From Terriglobia bacterium (GTDB lineage: Bacteria; Acidobacteriota; Terriglobia; Acidiferrales; UBA7541), in NCBI GenBank assembly GCA_963695545.1, contig OY968796.1:3552001-3616000 (forward strand): a stretch of 64,000 bases of DNA, given 5' to 3'. The notes beneath the pieces were generated by a model. It saw nothing but the letters and a program-made list of their open reading frames with translations. It ran no database searches and had not been told where the DNA came from. Positions 60,679 through 64,000 of the stretch are shown here, one piece after another; the stretch's first letter is position 1; every line of letters starts with the position of its first letter. The translations under genes were made by a program, and so were the position numbers.

Positions 60679-61455
60679 TCAGCCGGCCGGCAGGCTGGCG
60701 GGTTGCTGGCGATCCTTTTTGTGGAAGATGTTGGGCCAGAACTCTTGCAGAACGTTGAACGGCACGCTGAGCCCAAGCTGCTCGCTGCCGTTGGCGAACG
60801 TGTATTCCACTCCGGAATGATGGCCGGGATGCCACGTAGTTGAGATCGCGGTCGAAGCGTAGTAACTCACGAGCTTGGCGATGTTCAAAGTCGGATGGCC
60901 CTGATTCGTGTAAGTGAGAAAACTGTATTCGACAGAGTGCAAGAAGCGCCGCTTCCCTCCGTGCTCATAGGAAATATAGCGAACGTCTTCATGCAGCGCG
61001 GCCGCAAGCGGCGCGCGAATGGTCCCGGAGACAATGTTGCCTCCAATGCGCGAGGCCTCGCGGAGTCCGAAACCGCGAAACCCGCCGCCCCACTCCGAAG
61101 GCGAATCAGTGGCTTGATCGAGAACAAGAGCGAAGAGGGTCGGCTTGAAGAAGGCGCCGAAGGAAAAGAAATCTTGAGTCCAATAAAGTTTCAGGCGCTG
61201 TCTGCCGGTTAGCGGAGTGAAGTTGAAAGCTGCCACCGTGGTCATGCCGGTGACGGGATTCACGGCCAACTGCGCCTTCGGATTTTCCGTGGTGGAGGGC
61301 GCCGGAGCGGCCGATTGCTGCGATTCAGCCGCCGGCGAGCCAGTGTCGGATGCGGCCTGCTGAGATCGCGCCGCGGGAGGGATCGCAAGCAGCGCGATCG
61401 CGGCGAGAACCGCTCGGAGGAGAGTGCCGCCCTTTTTTTTGCGCGATCTCTGCAT
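60679..61455 (-). CDS. Exported/membrane hypothetical protein
   Basis: Signal peptide; FTPLT, PSEWGGG, LHEDVRY, NVLQEFWP; GAGAG upstream only weakly RBS-like. Confidence 0.7.
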   Translation of the reverse strand: MQRSRKKKGGTLLRAVLAAIALLAIPPAARSQQAASDTGSPAAESQQSAAPAPSTTENPKAQLAVNPVTGMTTVAAFNFTPLTGRQRLKLYWTQDFFSFGAFFKPTLFALVLDQATDSPSEWGGGFRGFGLREASRIGGNIVSGTIRAPLAAALHEDVRYISYEHGGKRRFLHSVEYSFLTYTNQGHPTLNIAKLVSYYASTAISTTWHPGHHSGVEYTFANGSEQLGLSVPFNVLQEFWPNIFHKKDRQQPASLPAG

Positions 61456-61941
61456 GATGTTGAGAGCTTTCCTGGTGCGCCTAAGTCAGCTGAATCGCTG
61501 AGTCGTCAATCTTGGTTCAGACGTTGCTTTCGTCGACGATTGGAGGCGATCAGCGCCGATGCAGTTGCATCCGCGTTGTGTTCCTGGCGCGGCTCCCCAC
61601 AAATGATGGAGAGAGCCGAATCGTTTGCGTGTCTGGCGCCAGCCTCCACAAATTCAAGACAATCAGGACGCCGCAATCGTAGCACGGCTCGCCGAGCAAT
61701 CCTGGAAAAGCGTCGATGGGCGCGTATCGGATGAGTGACATCGTGGTTTGAAGCCGAATCTTTTCGGCGCGCGCAGTCGGCGAACCGGCGCACGACGGCG
61801 GTGCGTTGCACGTTGCAAAGCGCGGCGCGTTCACGCATGATACTGCCTTTGGTTTTGGCGCCACGTCGCGCGTGTGATGGATCAGCCGCGTTCCGCGCGC
61901 CACATTGCTCCACACTTCAGGATTTCAGGGGAGGAACCTGC

Positions 61942-63255
61942 ATGCGACGACCGTCTCGGATAGCGCCGCCCAAAGGCACGCTCGGCGTGCTGACGGTGGG
62001 CATGGGCGCGGTGGCCACGACGTTTATGGCCGGAGTCGAGCTGGTGCGTCGCGGGAAAGCCGCGCCGGTGGGCTCGCTGACGCAACTGGGCACGATCCGC
62101 CTGGGCAAGCGCACCGAGAGCCGCGCTCCGATGATTCGCGATTTCGTGCCGCTGGCGAAAATCGAAGACATCGTGTTCGGCGGCTGGGACATTTTCCCGG
62201 ACACCGCCTACGAAGCGGCGAAGAACGCGGCGGTGCTCAGCCCGGAACATCTGGAACTCGTTAAGGGATTTCTTTCCAAGATTCGGCCGATGAAGGCAGC
62301 GTTCGATCAAACCTACGTGAAACTGATCGACGGGCCGAACGTGAAAAAGGGCAGCAACAAATACGACCTGGCGCTGCAAATCAAGGAAGACATCGCGCAA
62401 TTCAAGAAAAAATCGAAAGCCACGCGCGTGGTGGTGATCTGGTGCGGCTCGACGGAAATTTTCCTGCAGCCGCACGCGGTGCACAAAGATATCGCATCGT
62501 TTGAAAAAGCCATGAAGGAAAATCATCCGGCCATCGCGCCTTCGATGCTTTACGCCTGGGCCGCGATTTCAAGCGGAGTGCCCTTTGCCAACGGCGCGCC
62601 GAACCTGACGGTGGACATCCCAGCGATGCTCGAACTCGCGCGCAAGAACAACGTGCCGGTGTGCGGCAAGGATTTCAAAACCGGGCAAACGCTGATGAAA
62701 ACCATCCTCGCGCCGGGATTCAAAGCACGGCAGCTCGGAATGAGCGGCTGGTTTTCCACGAACATTCTGGGCAATCGCGACGGCGAAGTGCTGGAAGATC
62801 CGGAATCGTTCAAGACCAAGGAAGAATCGAAACTGGGCGTGCTGGATTTTATTTTGCAGCCCAAACTTTATCCCGATCTCTACGGCAAGATATTTCACAA
62901 GGTGCGCATCAACTACTATCCGCCGCGCGGCGACAACAAAGAAGGCTGGGACAACATCGATATTTTCGGCTGGCTGGGATATCCAATGCAGATCAAAGTG
63001 GATTTCCTGTGCCGCGATTCGATTTTGGCGGCGCCGCTGGCGCTGGATTTGGTTTTGTTTCTCGATCTCGCGAAGCGCGCGAGGATGCGCGGCATTCAAG
63101 AATGGCTAAGTTTCTATTTCAAATCGCCGATCGTGCCGCCGGAACTTTATCCCGAGCACGATCTGTTCATTCAATCGATGAAGCTCAAGAACACGCTCCG
63201 CTGGCTGATGGGCGAAGATTTGATCACGCACCTGGGCCAAGAATACTACGACTGA
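61942..63255 (+). CDS. ino1: myo-Inositol-3-phosphate synthase
   Basis: GMGAVATT, WCGSTE, GKDFKTGQT, NILGNRDG, RDSILAAP; GGAGG RBS. Confidence 0.93.
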   Translation: MRRPSRIAPPKGTLGVLTVGMGAVATTFMAGVELVRRGKAAPVGSLTQLGTIRLGKRTESRAPMIRDFVPLAKIEDIVFGGWDIFPDTAYEAAKNAAVLSPEHLELVKGFLSKIRPMKAAFDQTYVKLIDGPNVKKGSNKYDLALQIKEDIAQFKKKSKATRVVVIWCGSTEIFLQPHAVHKDIASFEKAMKENHPAIAPSMLYAWAAISSGVPFANGAPNLTVDIPAMLELARKNNVPVCGKDFKTGQTLMKTILAPGFKARQLGMSGWFSTNILGNRDGEVLEDPESFKTKEESKLGVLDFILQPKLYPDLYGKIFHKVRINYYPPRGDNKEGWDNIDIFGWLGYPMQIKVDFLCRDSILAAPLALDLVLFLDLAKRARMRGIQEWLSFYFKSPIVPPELYPEHDLFIQSMKLKNTLRWLMGEDLITHLGQEYYD

Positions 63256-63329
63256 GCAGGGCGAGCTCGGGGCAATTCGCTGACGAAACCCTGTTTTGAG
63301 GCCCCGGAAGGCTCTCCGAACGGCGTTTT

Positions 63330-63358
63330 TTGCAACTTCCGCCGCCTTCGGCTAGTCT
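63330..63358 (+). promoter_or_regulatory. Sigma70-like promoter for a probably leaderless nadA
   Basis: TTGCAA-17-TAGTCT with GTG 7 nt later and no Shine-Dalgarno sequence. Confidence 0.5.
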
Positions 63359-63365
63359 AATTAGT

Positions 63366-64000
63366 GTGGCTGCTCCGCTTCTACCTCTCGCCCGAACCGC
63401 GACGTTCGGCGCTGCTCCGGCTGCGCTTTCGCCTTCGCTCGACCTTGAATCGGAAATCAGCAAGCTGAAGCGCAAACGCAACGCTGTGATCTTGGCGCAC
63501 TACTATCAGGATTCCGAAATCCAGGATCTTGCGGACTTCGTGGGCGACAGCCTGGAACTTTCGCGCCGCGCGGCCGCGACCGAAGCCGACGTGATCGTCT
63601 TCGCGGGCGTGCACTTCATGGCGGAGACGGCGAAGATTCTGAACCCCGGAAAACAGGTGTTGCTGCCGGACCTCGATGCCGGCTGCTCGCTGGCCGATGG
63701 ATGCCCGCCGGACCAATTCGCGAAATTTCTCGAACGCTATCCGGGGCACACCGTGGTGAGCTACATCAATTGCAGCGCCGCAGTGAAGGCCATGAGCGAT
63801 TTGATCTGCACTTCAAGCAACGCGGCGCGGTTGGTCGCGCAGCTTCCTGCGGACGAACCCATCGTGTTCGCGCCGGATCGAAATCTCGGGCGCTACGTTA
63901 CGAAGCAGACCGGGCGCGAGATGGTCTGCTGGCCGGGGACCTGCATCGTGCACGAACAATTTTCCGTGAAGAAAATTGTGCAATTGCGCGAGCGGCATCC
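63366..64000 (+). CDS. nadA: Quinolinate synthase, truncated by window edge
   Basis: My translation: [50 protein letters not shown]. Confidence 0.95.
   Translation, partial: MAAPLLPLARTATFGAAPAALSPSLDLESEISKLKRKRNAVILAHYYQDSEIQDLADFVGDSLELSRRAAATEADVIVFAGVHFMAETAKILNPGKQVLLPDLDAGCSLADGCPPDQFAKFLERYPGHTVVSYINCSAAVKAMSDLICTSSNAARLVAQLPADEPIVFAPDRNLGRYVTKQTGREMVCWPGTCIVHEQFSVKKIVQLRERH

Noticed and set aside
61550..61741. Minus-strand ORF starting MSLIRYAPIDAFPGL, reminiscent of an Hsp20 N-terminus
   Set aside because: No alpha-crystallin domain follows and there is no RBS; the resemblance is too short to call.
63256..63365. NAD+-I (nadA motif) riboswitch
   Set aside because: I do not recognise the aptamer sequence, and the promoter geometry leaves no leader. 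An Rfam scan would settle it.

Overview
A GC-rich bacterial chromosomal segment. Gene content and order (DUF507 pair, S41 protease, bshC, carAB, hrcA-grpE-dnaJ, uppS-cdsA-dxr-rseP, trpS-scpAB-rluB, ino1-nadA) suggest Acidobacteriota; this is an inference. It holds about 55 CDS, mostly housekeeping. I saw no rRNA, tRNA, CRISPR array, integrase or transposase. Signals not explained by the housekeeping genes: (1) two related AT-rich intergenic elements (~23.74-23.98 kb and ~59.0-59.37 kb) that share a promoter sequence, leaderless-ATG geometry, arrays of ~24-bp quasi-palindromic motifs and a C-tract end; (2) a candidate Pro-containing leader peptide with terminator/antiterminator ahead of an MgtE-N/CBS + NRAMP-like operon; (3) a synonymously diverged duplicate of the fur 3' end bracketing a secreted-protein gene; (4) a low-GC in-frame insert in TrpRS; (5) a hicBA module whose toxin has lost its catalytic core; (6) 120-bp tandem repeats in the RluB tail; (7) clustered 1-nt indels in mutS, anmK, polX, the DHS-like gene and possibly carA, most likely assembly errors.
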